Part shown: positions 44,062 through 56,030 of the stretch, in pieces | Layout of the letters: each line of letters begins with the position of its first letter | Position numbering within the stretch: position 1 is the stretch's first letter | From: Tubiluchus corallicola | Lineage: Eukaryota > Animalia > Priapulida | DNA length: 61,094 bases | Direction: 5' to 3' | Assembly: GCA_030141605.1 (NCBI GenBank) | Contig: JAQGDQ010000856.1 | Location: 1-61,094 of the forward strand | Made by a program: the position numbers and the translations under genes | Notes under the pieces: model-generated | Databases searched by the model: none | What the model was told of the DNA's origin: nothing | The model's input: only the letters and a program-made list of their open reading frames with translations

Positions 44062-47000
44062 ATGGCTGCTTTACAGCAATGGGTGAGTGTATTCGTAGAG
44101 ATATTTTATTTTTTTCATCTGTGGTTTCTAAGACGTAAAAAATTGTTCACAGTGGCGGCCATAACATCTAATTTAACTTTTTCTAATTCATTTCTTTTCT
44201 CTTTTTCTTTATCTCTGTCTATTATTCTATCTTAACTACTACCTGTTTTTCCATAATTCTCTCTCTTGTAAATTAAGTCGTTTTTTTCACTTTTCATGGT
44301 GGTCTTACAAGCTTTGCTTCTTGACCACCATGCAGCATCTATTTCTTGTTGATAAACTATTATGTAGTTTAGTAACTATGTTAGTACACCTCTGTTAAAT
44401 TTTTGTACTTATATTTTGAAATTTTTCCCTACCTATATCATGCTATAGTATACTAATGTAGTTCTGTTACAATTATTGTAACTATATTTCATTTTCTAGT
44501 TAAAGGACATAACAGTTAAAGATAATAATGCAAATTCAATGTAAAAATACATGCTGAAGTGATAATAAATTACAATTACAATAATTAGCTATCTGATGTG
44601 AAAACTTATTATACTTTTAACGGAAACAGCAATGCGCTGCTGTTCTTCAGCCAATGAACAACGTGCAAGACGCTGGCTACTTTGGTGTATCAGAGGCTTA
44701 AATTTCAAATCTGACATTTTTCCCGAAATGAACATAATTTCCCAGAAGGCTTGGCTGGTTTTTTTATTTTTGTTTCGGGACACTTCTGGCCAGAATCCAG
44801 CACTAATGATGATGATAGTGATGATGATGTTGATGATAATGTTGATGGCGATGATGATAATGATAGTGGTGATGATGATGATGGTGATGATGATGGTGAT
44901 GGTGGTGATGATAGTGATGATGATGGTGGTGGTGATGCTGGTGGTGGTGATGATGATGATGATGGTGATGATAGTGATGATGATGGTAGTGGTGATGGTG
45001 GTGATGATGATGGTGATGATGATGATGGTGATGATGATGATGATGATGGTGATCGTGGTGATGATAGTGGTGATGATGATGATGATGATGATGGTGATGG
45101 TGGTGGTGATGATGATGATGATGATGACGACAAATCTTTAATTACGTCTCTACTTGCACGTTCTATACAACAGTATTAAAATGAAATCATGTACTGATAT
45201 TAGCGACACACATAAATACAATTATGTAAAAATAAAAGCAACAGTGCAAATTATATACAAATAAACAAATTCATACGTATAAACACATACGTTATAAAGT
45301 ACAAAATGTTGTTGTCGTAATGATCAGATTCAAATTATAATTAAGTTATTACACCACTATTGTTGTTCAATTATATTATATATATCATCTTTATTCACAC
45401 AAAATGATTGCATTACATGTAATATATAACAGGGTAAGTAGTACTATTTACACTGGTACATACATTATGTTGTTAGTAGCGAATGCAACATTTCATTAAC
45501 ATCGTTAACTGTGAAACCATTAATTACATATTCATTATGCAAAAGTCCAGAGCAGAATGTACGCTATAATATTAACAGGTCTATAAGCATAAGTATGGTG
45601 GCTCAAATGTGCTCTAATACGGTTTCTACCGAGTATACTTATACTTGTATGGTGATTTCACACAGCCAGTGAGCAAAGAACTGGATTAACAGATAAATTT
45701 ATGTTACAATGGAGCTTTAGAATTCGCTTATGGAAGAGTATATCTATAGGATGTGTATCAGCAATACGCAATGTCATGCTGGGATGAAAATTTCTAGGCA
45801 AGTTTAAGATTCGCCTCAATGCTTTTCTAAAGTTTCCAAGACTAATAAAGTTAGGACATCATACTAATGGACAACTTCATAAAACGACATTTACAGAACT
45901 GAACCGGTAAAGGTGTCCTAGCCTCGTTTCGAGGTGTGCTCATATCCTCAACCATGACACGACCAGCGGCGAGAGGAAAGCAGATGTCTGGTAGTCAACC
46001 ATCTAATTACTAACCCAGCCTAACATGGTTAACTTCATTTGCTAGGTAAGATGTAAAATAGCTCGCCAAAAATATATCAAAAAACTGTTGTTGTGATACA
46101 CTACACGACAGGCCTGCTTACTGCTGTTTAGTCAAGGAAAAGTCAAAGAAAAGTATCTGACTTCAGACAAATTACGTTGATTAAAGACCAATATCTTCTA
46201 TAACTGATAATACTGTTAGTTTTAGGCGCGAAGCATTCGGGTTTCTAACAAGTGATGCTGTGTTAGTTCAACTCAAAACTTTCAAAAGCCTTAATAATAC
46301 CTTCCGTCTAGTTTGGTCAATGCTATATAACACCAATGTTGTGAAATTCTTTTCAGATCTTATTCTTTCTCGTCTTTACCATGATTGGTCACCGTGGAAG
46401 TCACGTGAATGGTCAAGTAAGCGAATTGGCCAAACGTTTCGCTGACCTGGTGAGAGGTCAAAGAACCGGGGTTGGCATTTTAAAGAAATTTGCAGAAACC
46501 GGTGAAAAAACTCCAGGTGGAAGTGTTACTCATGGTTCTGCCGGTTTCGTTAACACGGCTACTGATGCTTCTAGTAACTTAAACATAGATGGTTCTTCTG
46601 GTTCCACTAGCTTGGATGATGCAAATGCACTTACTGGCACCTCAGAGTCAACAGAAAATGCTGGCTCTACCAACTCTGATGAAACCTCCGAGGGATTGCT
46701 GAGCGCAGCGAAAAACTTCCTGGATAAACAAGTTGATCAAGTTGTTGAAAGTTTTTCCGAACTAAATTTTGCCAAAAGATATGGAGATTTTTTATCTTCG
46801 GAGAAACAGGTCAATAAGGGAAGGAAGAGAGATGAAGATGTTGATATAGCTCACGTATCGCAGCAAGATATTGATCCTGTTGATGCTGTGCTAATAGATG
46901 ACGATAACCTGCCCGATACGCATGCAAACATTGAGCTCGGAAAAAATTCTCACATTGTGGCACTTGTTACTAATGTCTCAGGTATGTAAGTAATCTATTT

Positions 47001-49219
47001 ATGAACACAAACTTCGCTAGACAGTTTATATGTATAACTTGTAATGTTAAATCGCTAGTAACGAGAATTTTGAGGAAATTATTAATAATAATTAATCAAA
47101 TGGCAACTTCGTTACAGTGGAAAACGTCGAGAAATAGCGATGAAAGTTAACCTCCTTAATTGCCACTTACGGGTCAAAGGTCACAAACTTTAACGTAAAT
47201 GCTGTTCATCTCGATGTGCTTTTGTAAACTTATATTTCTTTTATTTTTATGCATGTCTGTTAATACGATTTCTTACTCATTATAAATGCGTAGATTCACT
47301 TGGAGGCAGCTATGAGACAGAGATAGACTTCAAAGAACGTTTGGAAAGATACAAGGCGTACACAGACCTTGGTCTAGAAGCGCTAGCTGATGGTATGTAA
47401 AATTTAATGTAGGGAAGAACGAATCCTGTGGTTGCTTTGATGGAGTATTTGCCTAAAAGGGCATTTAGAACATCCTAATGGGTCATTGACCCATGTCTAG
47501 AAAAGATTGTTTAATATGAAACTAAGATAGTGTTCTTCTGAGATCTGCCATGACCATAATCGTAAAAAAAATCAAAATGTCAATAAATCTCAAAAATTAT
47601 TTTCCTTCAGAAGCTTCCGTTCTCTCGGATTTCATCAGCTTCACAGAAAGATAGAATAATAAAAAAACTACAGATGAAACTACACATAAAATAAATGTGT
47701 ACAATCTCAATAAATTAAAGGGTATTATTCATGTTCCCAACAGTAAATAGTAATGCCTACGTCACAAGTAGGATGCAAGCAATTTGAAAAGCGGGGAGTG
47801 TTGGCACAATTGAAATCATGGAACTTTTGCGCATGCTCATCCTTGTGAAAGAAAGTATGAAGTACTTTTATCACTGTCAACTCTCATTGGTCCGAGCCAC
47901 AGAAGGTGACAGAACTCACTACAAAACATGTTCTTAATGTTTCATTTAGATGCCTACAGATGGTGCTGCTATATATATATGATTAGTAGTTTAACTGAAG
48001 TCCTACAAAACGATGGCGCCAGTATCAAACGAAGTTTACTACACTATACTAGAACTTTACTAGTACTAGAAATTTTTAGAAATGAAGCCATATTTTACGT
48101 GGCCAAGCCTAAATAGATAAATACATTTGGGTAGCTCTTCATGAAGCCAGCAATTAGAATGAACACAACATTCCGGACAAATTATATCCGTCAAAATATT
48201 ATACTTAAGGTATCATTTTAAGCAAAATATTATATAATCATTATCAAACTCATTATCAACAACATTATTAGCAAAATATCAATGCATCAACAAACAAGTT
48301 TTTTTTACTCCAATTTTTTAACGAGGTTCCGGTTTCCTCGATTTTTTTTATTTTACATTTTTTAAATTTTTTTTGTTTTACATTTTTAATTTTTTTTTTT
48401 GTTTTACTTTTTTTAATTTTTTTTAATTTTTTTAATTTTCGGTCCGATTTTTTTACGAGCTTTGGTTTGCTCCTCTTCTACTCCTGAAAAACACAGAAAA
48501 ATCCAAAACTTAGACAAAGCTGATAATTATATGAATTAGTAGTACACATTAACTTCACATTAAAAATTATAATACCTTAAGTAATACACATACAATAGAT
48601 GACAGTAGTCATAAATTACAATACTGTGTTTGCTTTGTTAAACAGAAACGAGCAACCGATACTAGTTACTACAGACGTTTTATTAATTATGCACAGAGAC
48701 CCACTCGCAGTGAAGCCAAACTATTGAAGTTTAGTGAAGCCGGGGACTCAAGAAGCCACTGTAGCGTAAGCAATAAAAATTCGAAGTTAGGTCTAAAGGT
48801 CTAAAAAAGGGAAGAGGGGTTTTTTTTGTAACAGGTTGGTCTTTCCGTCAACTAAGCCAGCCAAAGCTAACAATCAATTGAGTGTCTTCTATTCATTCTT
48901 AAACTTACAAATGATCATGTGACATCATCATTATATTCGGAATCTTTTACGTACAATAGCTGGACGCCATCTTTAATTCTCCTCTCTAGATTCTATATAT
49001 GAAGGTGACAGCATGAACCAATGGTGTAATCGCTTGCAGGAAACTATCCTTCTGGTACATGCTGGTATATCTGATTTGACAGAACTGATCAAATAAACTA
49101 TCCTATTTCCAATTTCCTAATTCCATAATTTTTAATCATTTTCTGTAGAAATTTTTTAGGAGTTTAGCGAAAGCAACGCCATGAAGCGATTAGTGTCATA
49201 TTTGCGTCCTCTCCCCTGA
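44062..49219 (+). CDS. Putative secreted prepropeptide (neuropeptide/hormone precursor-like), about 289 aa
   Basis: Phase-consistent exons 44062-44082 (MAALQQW|gtgagt), 46357-46981, 47294-47392, 48990-49054, 49160-49219; AATAAA 49293-49298. Exons 1+2 give the signal peptide MAALQQWILFFLVFTMIGHRGSHVNG; KR, KK, KR, GRKR and KR sites with acidic spacers. The last two exons are less certain. Confidence 0.7.
44805..45130. repeat. Degenerate (GAT/GGT)n microsatellite
   Basis: Triplet repeat in intron 1 of the prepropeptide gene; explains the poly-D/M/S ORFs. Confidence 0.9.
45900..46040 (-). mobile_element. Degenerate second 5S-derived SINE head
   Basis: Minus strand GAAGTTAACCATGTTAGGCTGGGTTAGTAATTAGATGGTTGAC resembles 5S box A-IE-box C. 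Confidence 0.5.
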
Positions 49220-52200
49220 ATGTTTGTATCTCGTCACGTGGAAAAACTACGAGAAATTTTAGTACATACACTACACTGAAACTATCATGTGCAATAAAGA
49301 AGTGATTTGAAACCAAGTCTTACCATTGCCTCCACATTCACCTGGCCTGGCAGCGACCACCCGAAAATGGTCGCTGCCAGCCTCTCATTCATTTGCCTTT
49401 CCCTTTCCTTTTCCTCATACTTTTCCTTTCCATCCTACAGAAAACAAAAGAAACATTTTAGTAAATTCTCCAGTCTAAAAAGCATCGTGCCGTTGTAGTG
49501 TAGGGTTTAGCATGGCGTCCGGGAGAGAAGAAGACGGAGGTGCGAGTCCCAGTGCAGATGTGAAACTGCTTGAGACTTACTAATTAACATTTTGCTTACA
49601 GCAGAATCTTCTTGATATACACCCAGTCTTTATTTTTATTTATTTATTATTAGTCTTCCGTTTAGGGCCAGAGGGTCACGAAGCATAGGGTCAAAGGGTC
49701 ACGAAGCACAGGGCCAGAGGGTCACGAAGCACAGGGCCAGAGGGTCACAAAACACAGGGCTAGATGTTCACGAAGCACGGGGCCAGAGGGCAACGAAGCA
49801 CAGGGCCAGAGGGTCACGAAGCATAGGGTTAGACGGTTACGAAGCACAGGGCTAGATGTTCACGAAGCATAGGGCTAGATGGTCACGAAGCACAGGGCTG
49901 GAGGGTCACGAAGCACAGGGCTAGATGGTCACGAAGCACAGGGCTAGAGAGTCACGAAGCACGGGGCAAGAGGGTCACGAAGCACAGGGCTAGATGATCA
50001 CGAAGCACAGGGCCAGAGGGTCACGAAGCACGGGGCGAGAGGGTCAAGAAGCACAGGGCTAGATGGTCACGAAGCACAGGGCTAGAGGGTCACGAAGCAC
50101 AGGGCCAGAGGGTCACGAAGCACAGGGCCAGAGGGTCACGAAGCACAGGGCCAGAGGGTCACGAAGCACAGGGCCAGAGGGTCACGAAGCACAGGGCTAG
50201 AGGGTCACGAAGCACAGGGCCAGAGGGTCACGAAGCACAGGGCTAGAGGGTCACGAAGCACAGGGCCAGAGGGTCACAAAGCACAGGGCTAGATGGTCAC
50301 GAAGCACAGGGCCAGAGGGTCACGAAGCACAGGGCCAGAGGGTCACGAAGCACAGGGCTAGAGGGTCACGAAGCACAGGGCTGGAGGGTCACGAAGCACA
50401 GGGCTAGATGGTCACGAAGCACAGGGCTAGAGGATCACGAAGTACAGGGCCAGAGGGTCACGAAGCACAGGGCTAGAGGGTCACGAAGCACGGGCGAGGG
50501 TCCAGAGCACAGGGCTAGAGGGTCACGAAGCACAGGGCCAGAGGGTCACGAAGCACAGGGCTAGATGGTCACGAAGCACAGGGCCAGAGGGTCACGAAGC
50601 ACAGGGCCAGAGGGTCACGAAGCACAGGGCTAGATGGTCACGAAGCACAGGGCTAGATGATCACGAAGTACAGGGCCAGAGGGTCACGAAGCACAGGGCT
50701 AGAGGGTCACGAAGCACGGGGCTGGAGGGTCACGAAGCATAGGGTCAAAGAGTCACGAAGCACAGGTCTAGGTGGTCACGAAGCACAGGGCCAGAGGGTC
50801 ACGAAGCACAGGGCTAGAGGGTCACGAAGCACAGGGCCAGAGGGTCACGAAGCACAGGGCCAGAGGGTCACGAAGCACAGGGCTAGAGGGTCACGAAGCA
50901 CAGGGCTAGGGGGTCACGAAGCACAGGGCTAGATGGTCACGAAGCACAGGGCCAGAGGGTCACGAAGCACAGGGCCAGAGGGTCACGAAGCACAGGGCCA
51001 GAGGGTCACGAAGCACAGGGCCAGAGGGTCACGAAGCACAGGGCCAGAGGGTCACGAAGCACAGGGCCAGAGGGTCACGAAGCACAGGGCCAGAGGGTCA
51101 CGAAGCATAGGGTCAAAGGGCCACGAAGCACAGGCCTAGAGGGTCACGAAGCACAGGGCCAGATGGTCACGAGGCACAGGGCTAGATGGTCACGAGGCAC
51201 AGGGCCAGAGGGTCACGAGGCACAGGGCCAGAGGATCACGAAGCACAGGGCCAGAGGGTGATGAAGCACAGGGCTAGAGGGTCACGAAGCACAGGGCTAG
51301 AGGGTCACGAAGCACAGGGCTAGAGGGTCACGAAGCACAGGGCTAGAGTCACGAAGCACAGGGCAGAGTCACAAGCACAGGGTCAGAGGGTCACGAAGCA
51401 CAGGGCCAGAGGGTCACGAAGCACAGGGCCAGAGGGTCACGAAGCACAGGGCCAGAGGGTCACGAAGCACAGGGCCAGAGGGTCACGAAGCACAGGGCCA
51501 GAGGGTCACGAAGCACAGGGCCAGAGGGTCACGAAGCACAGGGCTAGAGGGTCACGAAGCACAGGGCTAGAGGGTCACGAAGCACAGGGCCAGAGGGTCA
51601 CGAAGCACAGGGCTAGATGGTCACGAAGCACAGGGCCAGAGGGTCACGAAGCACAGGGCCAGAGGGTCACGAAGCACAGGACTAGAGGGTCACGAAGCAC
51701 AGGGCCAGAGGGTCACGAAGCACAGGGCCAGAGGGTCACGAAGCACAGGGCCAGAGAGTCACGAGGCACAGGGCCAGAGGGTCACGAAGCACAGTGCCAG
51801 AGGGTCACGAAGCACAGGGTCAGAGGGTCACGAAGCACAGGGCTAGATGGTCACGAAGCACAGGGCTAGAGGGTCACGAAGCACAGGGCCAGAGAGTCAC
51901 GAGGCACAGGGCCAGAGGGTCACGAAGCACAGGGCTAGAGGGTCACGAAGCACAGGGTCAAAGGGTCACGAAGCACAGGGCTAGAAGGTCACGAAGCACA
52001 GGCCTAGAGGGTCACGAAGCACAGGGCCAGAGGGTCACGAGGCACAGGGCCAGAGGGTCACGAAGCACAGGGCTAGAGGGTCACGAAGCACAGGGTCAAA
52101 GAGTCACGAAGCACAGGGTCAGAGGGTCACGAAGCACAGGGCCAGAGGATCACGAAGCACAGGGCTACATGGTCACGAAGCACAGGGCCCTAGGGTCACG

Positions 52201-54722
52201 AAGCATAGGGTCAAAGAGTCACGAAGCACAGGTCTAGGTGGTCACGAAGCACAGGGCTAGATGATCACGAAGCACAGGGCCAGAGGGTCACGAAGCACAG
52301 GGCCAGAGGGTCATGAAGCACAGGGCTAGATGGTCACGAAGCACAGGGCTAGATGATCACGAAGCACAGGGCCAGAGGGTCACGAAGCACAGGGCCAGAG
52401 GGTCACGAAGCACAGGGCCAGAGGGTCACGAAGCACAGGGCCAGAGTGCCAAAATAATTTTTCCTGACGAATTTCGTATGCGTACATTACCATGCTTCGT
52501 ATGTACACATTAGCGTGTTTCGTATGCGCACATTATCTTGTTTCGTATGCGTATATTACCTTGTTTCGTATGCGCACATTATCTTGTTTCGTATGCGTAC
52601 ATTATTTTGTTTCGTATGCGCACATTATCTTGTTTCGTATGCGCACATTATCTTGTTTCGTATGCGCACATTATCTTGTTTCGTATACGCACATTATCTT
52701 GTTTCGTATGCGCACATTATTTTGTTTCGTATGCGGACATTACCATGCTTCGTATGCGTACATTACCATGTTTCGTATGTGCACATTATCTTGTTTCGTA
52801 TGCGGACATTACCATGCTTCGTATGTACACATTAGCGTGTTTCGTATGCGTACATTACCATGTTTCGCATGCGTATATTACCTTGTTTCGTATGCGCACA
52901 TTATCTTGTTTCGTATGCGCACATTATTTTGTTTCGTATGTACACATTACCGTGTTTCGTATGTGTACATTACCATGCTTCGTATGTGCACATTACCATG
53001 TTTCGTATGCGTACATTACCTTGTTTCGTATGTGTACATTACCATGTTTCGTATGCGTACATTACCTTGTTTCGTATGTGCACATTACCTTGTTTCGTAT
53101 GCGGACATTACCATGCTTCGTATGTGTACATTACCATGTTTCGTATGTGCACATTACCTTGTTTCGTATGCGGACATTACCATGCTTCGTATGTACACAT
53201 TACCTTGTTTCGTATGCGGACATTACCATGTTTCGTATGTGTACACTACCATGCTTCGTATGTGCACATTACCGTGTTTCGTATGTGTACATTACCATGT
53301 TTCGTATGTGCACATTACCATGTTTCGTATGTACACATTACCATGTTTCGTATGTGTACATTACCATGTTTCGTATGTGTACATTACCATGTTTCGTATG
53401 TGCACATAACCTTGTTTCGTATGTTTTGCGAGAATGACATATCTTAGCTTATCGAGGAATATCTTAGCCATGAATGATAAAGGGTTACCGGAAGTTACAT
53501 ACTATACTCACACGTAAAACAAGGAAGTACGCCCTGTAGCAGAAACAAGTTTTGCAGTAAGTTTATAATAAAATAAATTGAATATTCCTGCTGAGAGTCG
53601 GATTTTATGTTGCAAAAGCTTACATTATATTGTCGGTTGGTTGACTTATTAAAAATAAAAATTTTCACAACAGTGTTACGTGAACTAGTATTAATAACTT
53701 TTTACGGAATTATATCTAGATTTTATATGAAAAATGAATTGATTCTTAGTTTGAAAAGCCGTTTCTAGAAAAGCTACAGTAATCTTGCATAATTCGACAT
53801 GCTGGCTACGATTAAATATATCCAAGGTCCTTGATAAGACTGACAATCATCTGCAAAGACGTACAAAGACGTCACGGGAATTACTTGATTTACCGAGGAC
53901 CCAGCTTTGGATAACAAAGACAGTAACACAATGAACAAATGTCTGAACAGTTTGGTGTTTTTATCTAAAAAATGAATCTGAAAGAACTACTCACCTCCTT
54001 CCTTTCATAATCGTCTTCCTGCCTCTCCAACACCAAACTACAACTCGAACACACATCCTGATCAAAAATGTACGAATGAAAGTTTGTAAACGACTTAACC
54101 CGTAGCCGACCAAGGTGGAGTAAAAATTACCCCAGGAGTATTTGCTTGCATTTTTATACTGATGCCTCAACGAAAAATTTTCAAACCAATTGTGATTAAA
54201 TATTGTTCGATTTGTTATGCAACCCTACCTTGGTTTTGTTGAAAAGTATCATTCGTGATTTTTTACAAAGCACAAGTACCAGACACTACCTGTCCTGGGG
54301 TAACTTATTACTCCGTTTGGTCTTTAGTGTAATATAAAACCCCTTGGTCGGCTAAGAGTTAATAATAATGACAAGAAAATCGACAATAAATCATTATTAA
54401 TCCAATGATAACGATAACAATGCTGAATTGTGAGGTTTAATTGCCATTGCTAGAGTAATGTTAATCAATTTAAGGTAGAAGATAAACTAGACCAGGATAG
54501 GACAAGATCAAACACGAATTTGTTATATCCTCTTCTGATAAGTTTGTTGACCTGGTAAGAAAAGACAGGCAAGACGAAAGCAAAACTTACCACTCTATTT
54601 CGCCTTCTACTGATCTTCCTTCTTATCCATCTTATCAACCGCCCTCCGCAACACCTTCCTCGATCCCTTTCAAACACCACCTCCTCTTGCCAAGCCATTC
54701 TAACGAAACTCTCTACATTCAT
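48478..54722 (-). CDS. Small orphan protein (about 103 aa), Arg-rich N-terminal half and acidic/charged C-terminal half
   Basis: All-phase-0 exons with consensus sites: 54722-54591 (MNVESF...RGRCCGGRLIRWIRRKISRRRNRV|gtaagt), 54057-53995 (DVCSSCSLVLERQEDDYERKE|gtgagt), 49434-49324 (DGKEKYEEKERERQMNERLAATIFGWSLPGQVNVEAM|gtaaga), 48483-48478 (E-stop); AATAAA on minus at about 48350. Confidence 0.65.
49490..49560 (+). mobile_element. tRNA-like SINE head (degenerate)
   Basis: A-box-like TGTAGTGTAGGG and B-box-like GGTGCGAGTCCC at tRNA-like spacing; no complete cloverleaf. Confidence 0.4.
49663..52446. repeat. 23-bp satellite A (AGGGC(C/T)AGAGGGTCACGAAGCAC), about 120 copies
   Basis: Direct tandem array of about 2.8 kb. 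Confidence 0.98.
52472..53423. repeat. 23-bp satellite B (TTTCGTATG(C/T)G(C/T)ACATTACC(A/T)TG), about 41 copies
   Basis: Direct tandem array starting about 25 bp after satellite A. Confidence 0.98.
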
Positions 54723-54799
54723 TTTTTCTTTACTTTTTCTTTCTCTCTTCTAGCTTTCTCTCACTCTATGCTGAATGCTGTGACTTAGTAACGGCATTC

Positions 54800-54852
54800 A
54801 TACGTCACAAAGTGACGTCACGTGGCAGCTGACGCGTCATTGCCCGACGCGT
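54800..54852. promoter_or_regulatory. CRE/E-box cluster upstream of the minus-strand orphan gene
   Basis: TACGTCA, TGACGTCA (54813-54820) overlapping CACGTG, and TGACGCGTCA, 80-130 bp upstream of ATG 54722. Confidence 0.5.
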
Positions 54853-55788
54853 ATTATTAGGCGTTAAACGTATCAGACTTACATACATCCCAGGGAGAAC
54901 ACTTTTCTCACACTCTTTATAAAACAAAGTTGGGTTTGCTATTTCTGGATAGGTGGTGAGCGAATTTCTAACTCGTGAAATTTGTGCCTAATACGATGAG
55001 AAATCAATTCATTACATTTCAGTAAAATTACAAAAACATAATATAAATTATTACTCGGATTTATGTTAATTAGTTTAATTAAAAGAATTTTATAAGATAA
55101 TGGAAGATCATAGGATCGTTAATTAGCATCTAAGAGAAAAACATGAAAACGCAGCGCCACATCAGACAAAACGGCCCTGTAGCAGGGTTCCCATGGTCAA
55201 AAAAGATCCTGGAAAATACAGGCTATCCCGTAAAGTCAGGGAAAATGATGAAAATGCTGCAAAAAGTCAGGGAAATTGGAAAGGGTTACAAAAATAATCA
55301 GCATGAATCGATATTTTTTCAAACATATCTTTCAGCAATTCGTGTTCAAACAAAATTTGGCTATGGCAGGTTCCCATTTTCAATTTCTGTTCCAAAATTA
55401 GTGATTGGATTAATAAAGTTTATTTAATGTGATTAGTGTAAATTCGTTAACACTACTGCAACTGTGCCAACACGTATCAGTATGAACATCCATACACAAA
55501 AATGTTTGAATGTGTATACTGGTAATGCAATTTCTGCTTATCTTGGCAATGGAAAATCAATATTTGATCAGGGAAAAATCGAGGAAAAGTCGGGGAAATT
55601 TATTTTTAAATTCTGTGGGACCGCTGCTTTAGGATCAAATCCTTCTATAAAAGCCATCCAGAGCATTGAGTGACATTTCTCATTCTGCTTTTGACTGTGC
55701 ATAATCTCTGGGTCAGATAATCTGTTAATGCATAGTTACATATTGTTACTTACTCATTATAAATACATTGTGCCGTTGTTTACGATTC

Positions 55789-56030
55789 TTAAAGGAACAC
55801 GGTACGATTTTTCATACACTATTCCATTTTCAAATCCGATAAAAAGTACAGATTTTAACACAATTAATACTGCAAAAGTTTTTCTTGCATGATAATTAAA
55901 TAATATATCAAAAACGTAATTAACGGCCAGTGAGCCCAACTATTGGTGACATCACAAACTAACATAATTTTCAACAGCAAAAATATTCCACGAGCGTGTT
56001 GCACGTGTTTGTGAAAGCGAAAATCGAAGC
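55789..56030 (-). mobile_element. TTAA-terminated MITE fragment, inverted homologue of about 7420-7650
   Basis: TTAAAGGAACACGGTACGATTTTTCATAC... matches the reverse complement of 7430-7650. Confidence 0.6.

Noticed and set aside
44751-45179. Asp/Gly-rich ORF resembling acidic biomineral proteins such as aspein
   Set aside because: Non-ATG start and no clear signal peptide. It is a degenerate GAT/GGT microsatellite open in several frames, and splicing from exon 44062-44082 would enter the poly-Met frame, not the Asp frame.
47928-48116. Alternative terminal exon for the prepropeptide gene
   Set aside because: Phase-compatible but AT-rich and not protein-like; the 48990 and 49160 exons give a KR site and a nearby AATAAA. 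Not fully excluded.
49324-49434. Selenoprotein reading (two in-frame TGAs in each alternative frame, next to a hairpin)
   Set aside because: The phase-0 frame is open and consistent with the upstream exons and ATG; no SECIS was recognised in the A-rich 3' UTR.
49490-49560. tRNA gene
   Set aside because: A and B boxes only; acceptor and anticodon stems do not pair.
49663-53447. CRISPR-like array or long repetitive ORFs
   Set aside because: Head-to-tail 23-bp units with no unique spacers, no cas genes and a eukaryotic context; the ORFs are by-products of stop-poor units.
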